A DNA stretch of 64,000 nt from Lama guanicoe (GCA_013239625.1 MU053520.1:214934-278933), one strand, 5' to 3'. Positions 1 to 12,571 are shown, counted from the first letter of the stretch. Numbers and translations are program-made. Notes: generated by a model not told the origin, from the sequence alone.

Positions 1-598
1 AATAACATATGGATTTAGAAAATTGATTTATAACTTTCTCGACTTTGAGAGACCTTTACTTTCTTTCAGACAGAGAAGAGATAGCCGCATTTTCCTTAGC
101 TCATGTCAGGCAGCACTATGATTCCTGGCTCAGAGAGAAAAAAAATTACTTTTTCCTCATGCAGCATTAGCTTCTCAATAAATAATTGTGACTTGACAAT
201 TCTGGGAAAGTTAATTTGCAATTTTGGTTCTTAGACCGAATTTATTATCCAAATTTTATAGATAATAAAATAAACAGAAGCTTAGAGAAGACTTGAACCC
301 ACTTCTGGTAAAATACCTACGGATGTCTGGGGCAAAGATTTCAGACTTACCTGGCTTTTCAGTGAATATTTAGGAATGTACACTTGCACCTGTTGCCAGA
401 CAAAGGTGCCAGACTTACCAAAAACAGTTAGAAGGGACCAAGGGTTATAGCAATTCATTGAGACTGGTGACAGGGGATGTTCCTCAGGCTTGGCAGAAGG
501 TCACTCCTGTTCATTACACTGATGAGGGTCTTAGGGGAACAGTAATCTGAAGTGACCACTGAGAGTTTGAGTCTTCTAGTATTTATGATTGTTTTAGC

Positions 599-2950
599 AA
601 AAAACAAAGACAAAATAAGCAGATAACTTTAACAGCAACAGCGAAATTCATATCCTTCAATGTAACTGTTACACTTTTCTGACAGTCATTATCATTTTGT
701 GAGTCCAAATGCATTTAGAACCTTCCTATTTCACACAAACTGTAGAGCTGGGTGTCAATCTGACAATATTTCTAACTACATTCTTTACATACCAAAACAA
801 CCTGATTATTTCAGAATATACAAATGTCAGACTTTTTTTATTTTTAACATTAATATTCTCATTAACTGTTGGTTCCTTTTGGGTCAGGTTATAGTTGGAA
901 GTAAATGAAGATGAGTTAGTAGAAATTAGAGCATATTTTTCTCCAGTTCTTGGCTGTAATATAACTTTATTGCTGAAATACCTGACACTTTATAAACTAC
1001 CTATCAGAGTCAAATACCTTTTACACAAAATTTTGTTCCTTCTTTTAAAAATGTTACCTTTACTAATATTATGTCAATGCATTTTGCACTGACATAGAAA
1101 TGTTTTTCTTCAGCTCATTTGACTATCCATAGCCTACAAAGCATAGGAGCTGTGATTTCTCTCAGAATCTTCATGACCTAAGGAAAAGGGGAATTTTGAG
1201 TTCCCATCCAGCCCTGGCATCCCATCACCAACTTAGCATAATTGGAGACTCATGAATATTCCTCACACAAAAATTCCTCAGAGCAGCAAAAAATGATTTT
1301 ACTTAGATTATTCTTATTAAAGAATTTTTTTTGTCTTTTCTTTGCAAGGCACTTTCATTTTTGCCATTTAAACTTTCTTTTACATTACAAAAAATATAAA
1401 CATTAAGTGATTTTTTTTTCAAAAACTACTACAATAAGCCAAGAAACAGAGTTTGCATCTGACAGAAGCTTAATTCCATTTTCCTTCATTGGCCTTTGGA
1501 AATAGTAGATGGTGTTTTATCCAAAAACATGTGATCAGTGCCAAGACTTGGTGGAAACTGGCAGAGCACTCACAGAAGTTAGTGGGGATGGATTTCATAA
1601 TGTATTGTAATTTTATAATATCTCTCTCACCAACTGTAAGATATATTTTCCTTAAACAAAAGATGCTTCTAAAAACATCTTAAGTGTCTGGGTTCATGTG
1701 CACAGGTCTTTATTTATGATGGGAGATAATATCAGTATAGCAGATAACAGCCTTTCTAATTCCCAGCCTTTTTTTTTCACAGTAGTCCAGAGCTTTAGAT
1801 TAACCAGTAGCACAGTAGCATATATCTTTGCTCCTAAATAAGCACATTTAAGAATGATGCAGAAGTAATTCACATTATTTAGGCTATATTAAGTAAAAAA
1901 CTCTATCATATTCACATTTTGAGCCTTAAGGTTATTGTGTAAAAGTTAACCTAATTGCAGGTCAAGTAATATTCAATTTTGCTCAATTTTCCCACTGAAA
2001 TCTAGTATGACTGTAAAAGTCCAAGAGAAAGAGTTCTTCATAATTTTTGACCCTTCCCCACATAGATTGGGTGTTTTAAGCTTTATTTGATTATATTCGC
2101 ATAATATATATCTTACTCAATTTATGGTATCTAAATAATTTATATATGCATATTGTGAAATGCAAATATCTGTCCATAAAAATGTTAACTAGAGGGGAAA
2201 ACCTCAAAACACCAATTAAAATGTCCATAGGCCACCAAAAAATAAAAATATCTTAATTACAGATCATGTTCTACTTCTAACACCAAAACTAACCTTTTTC
2301 TTTCAGAAAGAAATTTTACTTTGAATAAAACCCTAAAAGTTTACTAATAAATAAAATACCTTTTAAGTTTATATGCATTTCAAATTTTACAGAAAAGATT
2401 AAGATTTCAAGAACATTTTTTCTCCATTAGCTCCTTAATTGAGTCACAGTAGCTTACTTATTTTAATAAATGAAATGCATCAAAATTAGAAAACTACTTC
2501 ATAAATAATTTTCTTTATTGCAGGTCCTATATTCGGTCTTCACTCAGGTTCCCCAGACACAGACCCTTGGATGAGGGTTCACATGCAAGTCCTTATTGCA
2601 GAAGCTCTCCCATGGAAACATAGAAATTAAATGGAGCAAACAAGGCAAGAAGGAAAAGAAGACAAATCAGTATGAGATTTCAAAATGTTCCAGTCTCCCC
2701 CTGCCCCCAAGGGGTGCTCTGGAGTATAAATTATACCTCAGGGAATGGTCCTCCTGGAACAAAGGGAGCTGGTTGTTCATACTTTTGCACTTGCATACTA
2801 GGATGAAGTAAATTCCCAGACCCTTTGTGGAAAAAAGCAGTTTCAGTAGCCAAAGTTTGAATCAAAAATGAGAGTTGCGGTGTAGGCCTTTAGAAGCAAT
2901 TTACATGAAACCTGGATGTTGGACTCAAAGAAATGTTAAGAGAGATGTAA
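599..2950. repeat. Tandem duplication, copy 1 (~2.35 kb)
   Basis: Sequence from AAAAAACAAAGACAAAATAAGCAG to GAGAGATGTAA(A) recurs immediately downstream. Short ORFs repeat at offsets of 2352-2349 (699/3051, 895/3246, 1489/3839, 2596/4945). Confidence 0.97.
2522..2950. mobile_element. Old ERVL-class LTR remnant (LTR33/LTR16-like); also present at ~4871-5330
   Basis: GGTTCCCCAGACACAGACCCTTGGATGAGGGTTCACATGCAAGT resembles the recalled ERVL LTR terminus GGTTCCCCAGAAGCAGACCCTGAGA...GAGTGCAAGT. Confidence 0.5.
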
Positions 2951-5300
2951 AAAAAACAAAGACAAAATAAGCAGATAACTTTAACAGCAACAGCGAAATT
3001 CATATCCTTCAATGTAACTGTTACACTTTTCTGACAGTCATTATCATTTTGTGAGTCCAAATGCATTTAGAACCTTCCTATTTCACACAAACTGTAGAGC
3101 TGGGTGTCAATCTGACAATATTTCTAACTACATTCTTTACATACCAAAACAACCTGATTATTTCAGAATATACAAAAGTCAGACTTTTTTATTTTTAACA
3201 TTAATATTCTCATTAACTGTTGGTTCCTTTTGGGTCAGGTTATAGTTGGAAGTAAATGAAGATGAGTTAGTAGAAATTAGAGCATATTTTTCTCCAGTTC
3301 TTGGCTGTAATATAACTTTATTGCTGAAATACCTGACACTTTATAAACTACCTATCAGAGTCAAATACCTTTTACACAAAATTTTGTTCCTTCTTTTAAA
3401 AATGTTACCTTTACTAATATTATGTCAATGCATTTTGCACTGACATAGAAATGTTTTTCTTCAGCTCATTTGACTATCCATAGCCTACAAAGCATAGGAG
3501 CTGTGATTTCTCTCAGAATCTTCATGACCTAAGGAAAAGGGGAATTTTGAGTTCCCATCCAGCCCTGGCATCCCATCACCAACTTAGCATAATTGGAGAC
3601 TCATGAATATTCCTCACACAAAAATTCCTCAGAGCAGCAAAAAATGATTTTACTTAGATTATTCTTATTAAAGAATTTTTTTTGTCTTTTCTTTGCAAGG
3701 CACTTTCATTTTTGCCATTTAAACTTTCTTTTACATTACAAAAAATATAAACATTAAGTGATTTTTTTTTCAAAAACTACTACAATAAGCCAGAAACAGA
3801 GTTTGCATCTGACAGAAGCTTAATTCCATTTTCCTTCATTGGCCTTTGGAAATAGTAGATGGTGTTTTATCCAAAAACATGTGATCAGTGCCAAGACTTG
3901 GTGGAAACTGGCAGAGCACTCACAGAAGTTAGTGGGGATGGATTTCATAATGTATTGTAATTTTATAATATCTCTCTCACCAACTGTAAGATATATTTTC
4001 CTTAAACAAAAGATGCTTCTAAAAACATCTTAAGTGTCTGGGTTCATGTGCACAGGTCTTTATTTATGATGGGAGATAATATCAGTATAGCAGATAACAG
4101 CCTTTCTAATTCCCAGCCATTTTTTTCACAGTAGTCCAGAGCTTTAGATTAACCAGTAGCGCAGTAGCATATATCTTTGCTCCTAAATAAGCACATTTAA
4201 GAATGATGCAGAAGTAATTCACATTATTTAGGCTATATTAAGTAAAAAACTCTATCATATTCACATTTTGAGCCTTAAGGTTATTGTGTAAAAGTCAACT
4301 TCTTTGCAGATCAAGTAATATTCAATTTTGCTCAATTTTCCCACTGAAATCTAGTATGACTGTAAAAGTCCAAGAGAAAGAGTTCTTCATAATTTTTGAC
4401 CCTTCCCCACATAGATTGGGTGTTTTAAGCTTTATTTGATTATATTCGCATAATATATATCTTACTCAATTTATGGTATCTAAATAATTTATATATGCAT
4501 ATTGTGAAATGCAAATATCTGTCCATAAAAATGTTAACTAGAGGGGAAAACCTCAAAACACCAATTAAAATGTCCATAGGCCACCAAAAAATAAAAATAT
4601 GTTAATTACAGATCATGTTCTACTTCTAACACCAAAACTAACCTTTTTCTTTCAGAAAGAAATTTTACTTTGAATAAAACCCTAAAAGTTTACTAATAAA
4701 TAAAATACCTTTTAAGTTTATATGCATTTCAAATTTTACAGAAAAGATTAAGATTTCAAGAACATTTTTTCTCCATTAGCTCCTTAATTGAGTCACAGTA
4801 GCTTACTTATTTTAATAAATGAAATGCATCAAAATTAGAAAACTACTTCATAAATAATTTTCTTTATTGCAGGTCCTATATTCGGTCTTCACTCAGGTTC
4901 CCCAGACACAGACCCTTGGATGAGGGTTCACATGCAAGTCCTTATTGCAGAAGCTCTCCCATGGAAACATAGAAATTAAATGGAGCAAACAAGGCAAGAA
5001 GGAAAAGAAGACAAATCAGTATGAGATTTCAAAATGTTCCAGTCTCCCCCTGCCCCCAAGGGGTGCTCTGGAGTATAAATTATACCTCAGGGAATGGTCC
5101 TCCTGGAACAAAGGGAGCTGGTTGTTCATACTTTTGCACTTGCATACTAGGATGAAGTAAATTCCCAGACCCTTTGTGGAAAAAAGCAGTTTCAGTAGCC
5201 AAAGTTTGAATCAAAAATGAGAGTTGCGGTGTAGGCCTTTAGAAGCAATTTACATGAAACCTGGATGTTGGACTCAAAGAAATGTTAAGAGAGATGTAAA
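2951..5300. repeat. Tandem duplication, copy 2
   Basis: About a dozen differences from copy 1 seen by eye. Unique sequence resumes at GTACCTGGGC (5301). Confidence 0.97.
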
Positions 5301-5953
5301 GTACCTGGGCAGAGGACCAACAGTAGCCACTGAACATTTGGCACAGATAGACCTATTTTTCATCAAAGTTACACTCTTTCCAAAATTATAATGTTATACA
5401 TATTAATATTATGTATAATTGTTTCCAGAATTTCCAGGACAATATAAAAAAGAAAAATAGACAATATTTCAATAGAATAATGCTTATCAATAAAATCAAA
5501 GAATCAGACTTGATTTCCTCTAAGAAATCCTTAAGAGAGATTGCACCAGTGACACTCTAAGTATGAGGTCTATGGGCTATAATTAGTCCTGGAACTGTAG
5601 TACCATTCTGTGAAGAGATAAACAGTGATTGAAAGTAACCATTTAGAAACAATTCTAGGAACAATTTGTTAAATAATTTTACATACCAATTGAATCAAGA
5701 AACAATGAAAATAAAACTCATATTTTCATTGCTTTAAGACTTCTATTTCACTTTTGGAGTAGTCTGTTTACTTTTATTGTATTTTATAGAAACATTGGTT
5801 CTACAACAGACCAGAAAATAAAAAAAGCTCATCGATCCTTCAACACAGATAATATATAAGGCAATTTGATCAACATTCATCTATACCACCAACCTCTAAT
5901 CTCTTTTGCCCTAACTTTTCATAAACTGATTTAAAGTATGTTTTTTACTTCCT

Positions 5954-6012
5954 GCAATAGTTTTCTAGGGCTGCTATAACAAACTACCAAAACACTGAGT
6001 GGCTTAAAAAAA
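5954..6012. mobile_element. MaLR MLT1 LTR, left piece (split by L1)
   Basis: TAGTTTTCTAGGGCTGCTATAACAAACTACCAAAACACTGAGTGGCTTAAAA matches the typical MLT1 end. Confidence 0.8.
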
Positions 6013-8373
6013 ACAATTTATTTATTGAGTTATAGTCAGTTTACAATTTTGTGTCAATTTCCAATGTAGAGCACGACTTTTCAGTTATACATGAACATAC
6101 ATATATTCATTGTCACATTCTTTTTTGCTGTGAGCTACCAAAAGATCTTGTATACATTTTCCTGTGCTATACAGTATACTCTTGTTTATCTATTCTACAT
6201 ATGTCTTTGAATATCTACAAATGTCTATTCTTTCCCACCCCCCTCCCCCTTGGCATTCAGAAGTTTGCATTCTATGTCTATGAGTCTGTTTCTGTTTTGT
6301 ATTTATGTTCAATTTTTCTTTTTTCTTTTTTTTAGATTCCACATATGAACAATCTCATATGGTATTTTTCTTTCTCTTTCTGTCTTACTTCACTTAGAAT
6401 GACATTCTCCAGGAGCATCCATGTTGCTGCAAATGGCGTTGTGTTGTCATTTTTATGGCTAAATAGTATTCCATTCTATAAATATATCACTTCTTCTTTA
6501 TCCAGTCATCTGTTGTTGGACATTTAGACTGTTTCCATGTCTTGGCTAATGTAAATAGTGCTGCTAGGAACACTGGGGTGCAGGTGTCTTTTTGAAGTAG
6601 GGTTCTTTCTGGATATATGCCCAGGAGCAGGATTCCTGGGTCATATGGTAAGTCTATTCCTAGTCTTTTGAGGAATCTCCATACTGTTTTCCACAGTGAC
6701 TGCACCAAACTGCATTCCCACCAGCAGTGTAGGAGGATTCCCTTTTCTCCACAGCCTCTCCAGAATTTGTCATTTCTGGACTTTTGAATGATGGCCTTTC
6801 TGACTAGTGTGAGATGATACCTCATTGTAGTTTTGATTTGCATTTCTCTGATAATTAGTGATATGGAGCATTTTTTCAGTGCCTATTTATCATTTGTATT
6901 TCTTGCTTGGAGAATTGACTGTTTTCCACAGTGACTGCAGCAAACTGCATTCCCACCAGCAGTGTAGGAGGATTCCCTTTTCTCCACAGCCTCTCCAGAA
7001 TTTGTCATTTCTGGACTTTTGAATGATGGCCTTTCTGACTAGTGTGAGATGATACCTCATTGTAGTTTTGATTTGCATTTCTCTGATAATTAGTGATATG
7101 GAGCATTTTTTCAGTGCCTATTTATCATTTGTATTTCTTGCTTGGAGAATTGCTTGTTTAGATCTTTGGCCCATTTTTGGCTTGGGTTGTTTGTTTTTTT
7201 CTTATTAAGTCATATGAGCTGCTTATCTATTCTGGAGATCAAGCCTTTGTCAGTTTCATCGTTTGCAAAAATTTTCTACTATTCTGTAGGTTGCCATTTT
7301 ATTTTGTTTAATGGTTCATTTGCTTTGCAGAAGCTTGTAAGTTTAATAAAGTTGCATTTGTTTATTCTTGCTTTTATTTCTATTGCTTGAGTAGAATGTC
7401 CTAGGAGAACATTTTTGAGATGCATTTCAGATAATGTTTTGCCTATATTTTCTTCTAGGAGGTTTATTATATCTTGTCTTATGTTTAAGTCTTTGATCCA
7501 TTTTGAGTTTAGTTTTGTGTATGGTGTAAGGGAGTGTTCTAGCTTCATTGATTTACATGCTGCTGTCCAGTTTTCCCAACACCATTTGCTGAAGAGACTG
7601 TCTTTATTCCATTGTATATTCTTGCCTCCTTTGTGGAAGATTAGTTGACCAAAAGTTTGTGGGTTCATTTCTGGGCTCTCTATTCTGTTCCATCAGTCCA
7701 TATGTTTGTTTTTGGACCAATACTATGCTGTTTTGATGACTGTGGCTCTATAGTATTGTCTGAAGTCTGGGAGAGTTATTCCTCCAGCCTCTTTCTTTCT
7801 CTTCAGTAATGCTTTGGCAATTTTAGGTCTTTTGTGGTTCCATATAAGTTTTATTATGATTTGTTCTAGTTCTGTGAAATATGTCCTTGGTAATTTGATA
7901 GGGATCACATTAAATCTGTAGATTGCCTTGGGTAGTATGACCATTTTAACAATATTGATTCTTCCAATCCAAGAGCATGGGATATCTTTCCGTTTTTTAA
8001 GGTCTTCTTTAATTTTCTTCATAAGTGTTATATAGTTCTTCTTGTATAATTCTTTCACCTCCTTGGTTAGATTTATTCCTAGGTATTTTATTACTTTGGG
8101 TGCTATTTTAAAGGGGATTATTTCTTTACTTTCTTTTCCTTTTGATTCATCATTAGTGTAAAGAAGTACAACTGATTTTTGAACATTAATCTTGTAACCT
8201 GCTACCCTGTTGAAATCTTCAATCAGCTCTAGTAGTTTTTATGTGGACCTTTTAGAGTTTTCTATATATACTATCATGTTATCTGCATATAGTGACACTT
8301 TTCCCTCTTCTTTTCCAATTTAGATCCCTTTTATTTCTCTCTCTTGCCTGATTGCTGGCCCTGGGACTTTCAA
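6004..8373 (-). mobile_element. 5'-truncated LINE-1 (3' half of ORF2 plus 3'UTR), disrupted
   Basis: Minus-strand ORFs 7723..8058 ([15 protein letters not shown]), 7279..7668 (KWCWENW) and 6487..6843 (HCWWEC) are L1 ORF2p. The 3'UTR matches the other L1 3' ends in the window. Confidence 0.97.
6683..7152. repeat. 235 bp tandem duplication inside L1 (6683-6917 / 6918-7152)
   Basis: ACTGTTTTCCACAGTGACTGC...CTTGGAGAATTG occurs twice. ORFs 6487..6843 and 6890..7078 start 235 bp apart with near-identical peptides. Confidence 0.97.
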
Positions 8374-8590
8374 CTGAAATTTGTTCTTTCACTGTTTTTG
8401 AAACTGGATATTAAGGTGCCAGTAGGCCCATGCTCCCTACATAGACTCTAGGGGAGAATTATTCCTTGGTTCTTCTGGCTCTGGTGGCCTTAGGCATTAT
8501 TTGGCTTGCAGAAGCATACCTTTAATCTCTGCCTCTGTATCCACATAACCACCTTTTCTGTGTGTCTTTCTGAATTATCAGCCCTCACTT
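8371..8590. mobile_element. MaLR MLT1 LTR, right piece
   Basis: CAACTGAAATTTGTTCTTTCACTG...AAGGTGCCAGTAGGCCCATGCTCCCT...CTCTAGGGGAGAAT continues MLT1 from where the left piece stops. Confidence 0.8.
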
Positions 8591-8839
8591 TGCTTGACCT
8601 ATAGGTATTTATAATCACTTGATTATGGTTTCCTAAGACAGCTATGTTTTAAAACTGTTGGGCAACATGGGGATTATGTTTACTCTCAAAAGTTTCTTAG
8701 TTTTGTCAAAAAAAATATGATCACACTACTTTAAGCAGGAATTCATTCTCTTTTGCATGCATTTTATTACCTTGGTTTCTTGAACAACACAATACTCTGG
8801 TTTTCTTCCTGTCTCACTAGTATGTTCTTCTCAATCTCA

Positions 8840-9003
8840 GCCTCATTGATTTACATACAAATTTGCATTTTTCCCAACACCATTTGCTGAAGAGATTGTC
8901 TTTACTCCATTGTATGTTCTTGACTCCTTGCCAAAGATTAATTGACCAAAAGTTTGTGGGTTTCTTTCTGGGCTCTCTATTCTGTTCTGTTGATCCATAT
9001 GTT
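8840..9003 (-). mobile_element. Isolated internal L1 ORF2 fragment (~165 bp)
   Basis: TTTTCCCAACACCATTTGCTGAAGAGA...CTGGGCTCTCTATTCTGTTC is homologous to 7543-7705 but diverged. No 3'UTR or tail. Confidence 0.9.
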
Positions 9004-9904
9004 ACGTTTCACCATATATGTGGGTCAACCACTTCCTTTTTGTCAAGCATCTTCATCTTGCAGCTTACTTCAGGATAACTTTGAGTGCTTTTCAATTTAG
9101 ACTTTGGGTTTGTTCAGTTAATAATATTTTTCCTGTTTATTTAGAGCATTTTACGCCATGATAGTGGGTAGATAAGTTGCCCTAGCCCAACCAGCTGCAC
9201 CTTAATTGTGTTAAAAACACACAGCGTGGATGTACAACACTGCTTCTTAATGAGGGCTTGTAAGCAGAACTATTTTACCTAGAAACAGCTTTGTTCATGG
9301 CAGGCCCCAAAATTAACATGTTCAGTACATTCATGGATTTTCAAGTTGCACTATTTCCTTTAATATAACAGAGTAAATTGAAGATTTAGCTAACTCCTTG
9401 CCATTTTGTAAAACCATCAGGCTTTTTCCATTATCATTCTTCCTCATGATGTACCATCCCTTTCCACTGATTTTGACCACAGTAGTTTGATTGATGAAGA
9501 TTTTGGTTATTGTGTCTTTGGTTAAGATGCTCAAATATTGAGCCTACATAACTAAAGTATAGCAGAATAAAAAAACAGCTCAGTTGCAGAATCTATTAGT
9601 AGGTAAATTTAAATTTAATTCAAATTAATTTAAAAAGTGCTATGCACATAATTACTCCTAAGAATCAGAAATAACTACCACTGTCACTTAGATTAATTTT
9701 GGTTAATAGATAATTAAGAAAGAGTATATTTTTTAGACCTTAGTTCTTTAATTTGTGTTGGGAATATAAAGACTTATTTCCCCTTATCTTCAAGCCTTTA
9801 TAGCAATGGGTTAAAAAACCTCTATAGCAATGGTTTAAAAAGGGGAAAAAATAGTGTAATCGCCAATACTCTTTTACTTGAGAGGCAAAAAAAAAGTTTA
9901 AATT

Positions 9905-10880
9905 ACATTTTTCATTTATCCAACAAGCATGATTTAAATTTCCGCACTACACAAGATGCTGTGTTGCCAGTGGTGGGCACAGCTTCTGCCTTCCAGTAGG
10001 GTGCATTTAGTGGGAGTGACTGATAAGTAAGTCACTATACAAATTGGAATTCGATGTGCTGTAGGAGTGCAGAAGATGGAGCAATCAATTCTGACTTATG
10101 GGATAAAGAAAGGCTTTTGAACTGGATCTTAAAAGATGAGTGAGCTCTCAGATGGGGAAAAGAGAAGGAAGGCATTCCAGATGGTGGTAAAACTACATAC
10201 AAAAAGAAGAAATTAGACCTTTTCAGAGGAGGAAAAGCAGTATAATGTGACTCATATGAAATATGTCCAGGTATAAAAAGAACTTTATAGAGAATTTAGG
10301 CCATAAATTGGAAGGCAATTAAACTTCCCTATGGTTAGTTACTCTTCTACTTGTGATGACTGTTCTATGTCTGCCTTCTCCATTTAATTACATCTTAGTG
10401 AGGGAAGGGACAATTTTATTATTTTTTCAACATCTCATCACCCGAATCTAGCACAGAGCCCTGCACATACTAGGAAATTAATAAATATTTATTAAGTAAA
10501 TTAGGTAATGTCATGTTAAGGGTTTTCATGATTACTCTGAATTACATATAATACCCAGCTACACACACACACACACACAAATTTGAAGAAAGAAATAAAA
10601 TAACTCAAGCTATGCTTCAAAAATTTCACATAAGGCTTATAAAGTGAATTTTATAGGATTTAGAAGAAACTGGAGGTGTGAGATCAGTCAGAAGGTATTG
10701 CAATATTTAATTAAGAAATTCTGAGTGGGTGAGATGAAAATTAAGACTACATGAATTAAAAGGTTTATAATTGAAGTAGAATCAATAGGATCAGGAGTGT
10801 AATTAGATGTGAAGAGTGAGGAGTTATATATCAAGAATGACACTAAGCATAACATTCATTGAAGACAGACATCAAAGGAA
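9905..10880. mobile_element. LINE-2 remnants (minus-strand 3' region, with an opposite-strand L2 3' end at ~10370-10500)
   Basis: TTCATTTATCCAACAAGCAT start; TCTAGCACAGAGCCCTGCACATACTAGG..AATAAATATTTATTAAGT is an L2 terminal motif. Confidence 0.6.
10561..10578. repeat. (AC)9 microsatellite
   Basis: Direct read. Confidence 0.9.
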
Positions 10881-11028
10881 ATTGACAGACTTAACAATAT
10901 GAGCCAATTTCCCTTTTATAATGTAGGTCTTTCCTATGCAGTTCCTCTTTCCATGCCACAGCCCTGTAATGCAAGACGGAGGATGGTGCCCCACTAAATA
11001 TGACTATGAACTTGTTATCTCTTTATAT

Positions 11029-11215
11029 CAGTGATTCATGGAATATAATCCTTGGCCCTTCAGAGATCCTCTCAGAAGTTATAAGAAATGCCAGTTACCA
11101 GGCCCCAGCTCAGATCTACTGAATTAGACACACTGTGGGTGAGGCATAGCAATCTGTGCCTTAATTACCCCCACAGAGGATTCTGTTATATGTTCAAGTC
11201 TAAAAATCAGTGCTC
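11029..11215. mobile_element. MER5-like hAT-Charlie MITE
   Basis: CAGTG start; AGAAATGC..CAGGCCCCAGCTCAGATCTACTGAATTAGA..GGGTGAGGC..AGCAATCTGTG core. Confidence 0.7.
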
Positions 11216-12571
11216 CGTATCATCCTACCTACCTCTCTCCTGATACTCTGGAATGAGTTCAGAGAATGTCTTACCTGAAGATATCAGCTTCTTAAATATC
11301 TATGTGCTCAAGAAAAATTAGGGTGATTTGTAAAAATTATATAATTTTGGAAACTAAATCCAGCAATTCTGATTGACTACATTGGACATAAAGTATTGAC
11401 ATCTAGTAGTGATTCTGATAAATAAGTCAAGTTTTCAGATTTATTATTTTAACTTTTATTTATTTAGGATAATGTTGTACATAAACATATGTGGAATTGT
11501 TATACCTTTGTTTGCTATTGTTAATAAATCTCTTATTTCCTAAAATGACTTCTTTTTTGCCATAAACATTATTCTGCCATTTATTAACACTGCTACTCTA
11601 GGCTTTTGTTGTTGTTGCTGATAATATTTGCAGGCTGTATCATTTTCCAGAAATTTTACTTACAATTTTTCTCTAACAGCTATAACTTAGGTTTATTTTA
11701 AATGAAAAAAAATTTGTGTATTTTGTTTTCCTAAATAACAGTCTGCTCTCTAACATGTGAATGTAAACCATCTATATTTACTGAGATTAATAATCTAACT
11801 GTACTTATTTTGAATGCTGTTTTACTTTTTATTCACAGAGATTTTATTTTCTTCCTTTTGAGTCCTTTTCAAATTTTGATTGGATTAGTTATGTTTCTTT
11901 TCCTTTCTACTGGCTTTCAATTAACCTTATTTTTAAAGAGCTTTATTCAGTTATAATTGACATATATAAACCATACATATTTTTAAATGTAATTTGATAA
12001 CTTTGACTATATACCCAGAAAATTTCACAAAAATCAAAATAACAAATACATTTATCACACTCAAAAATTTCCTCATGATCCTTGATAGTCCTTCTGTCCT
12101 GATGAAACCAAGCGGGACCCTGTGGGCCCTTCCTGGTTACAAATTCTTTCTGCGTATTCCCTTTCTTGTTTATAGCAAAAAGATTTCAGCCTCCTAGACC
12201 TTCCCTGTGTATCAAAGGGCAGATGCATACAGTTGTTAATAAAGAAAGGAAAGGAATGAAGAAATAAAGGAGAAGCAGTCAAGAAACAACAGTGCAGCAA
12301 TAGGACAAGGTCCTTGATTCTCCTTAAGGAATATACATGAGTTCTGCAGCAAACAAGGCCCCCAACCTGGTGAAGGATGGCAACTTCAGGCTAAGCACAA
12401 GATTCTTGGAACACCACTCGATAACCTCACCACCAACCAATCAGAAGAAAGTCACACATTCTGCAGCCCTCACCCCACATTTTGTGTGTAAAAGCTTGCC
12501 CCCATAGCCATTGGGGGGTTTGGGGCTTTTGAGCATGAGTCATCTGTTCTTGCTTGGCCCTGCAATAAACT

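Noticed and set aside
699..5160. Paired identical short ORFs suggesting a duplicated gene cluster
   Set aside because: By-products of the DNA duplication; AT-rich chance ORFs, several with non-ATG starts and no recognisable homology.
9990..10010. CTCF-like motif CCAGTAGGGTGCA
   Set aside because: Imperfect core inside a decayed L2, with no supporting evidence.
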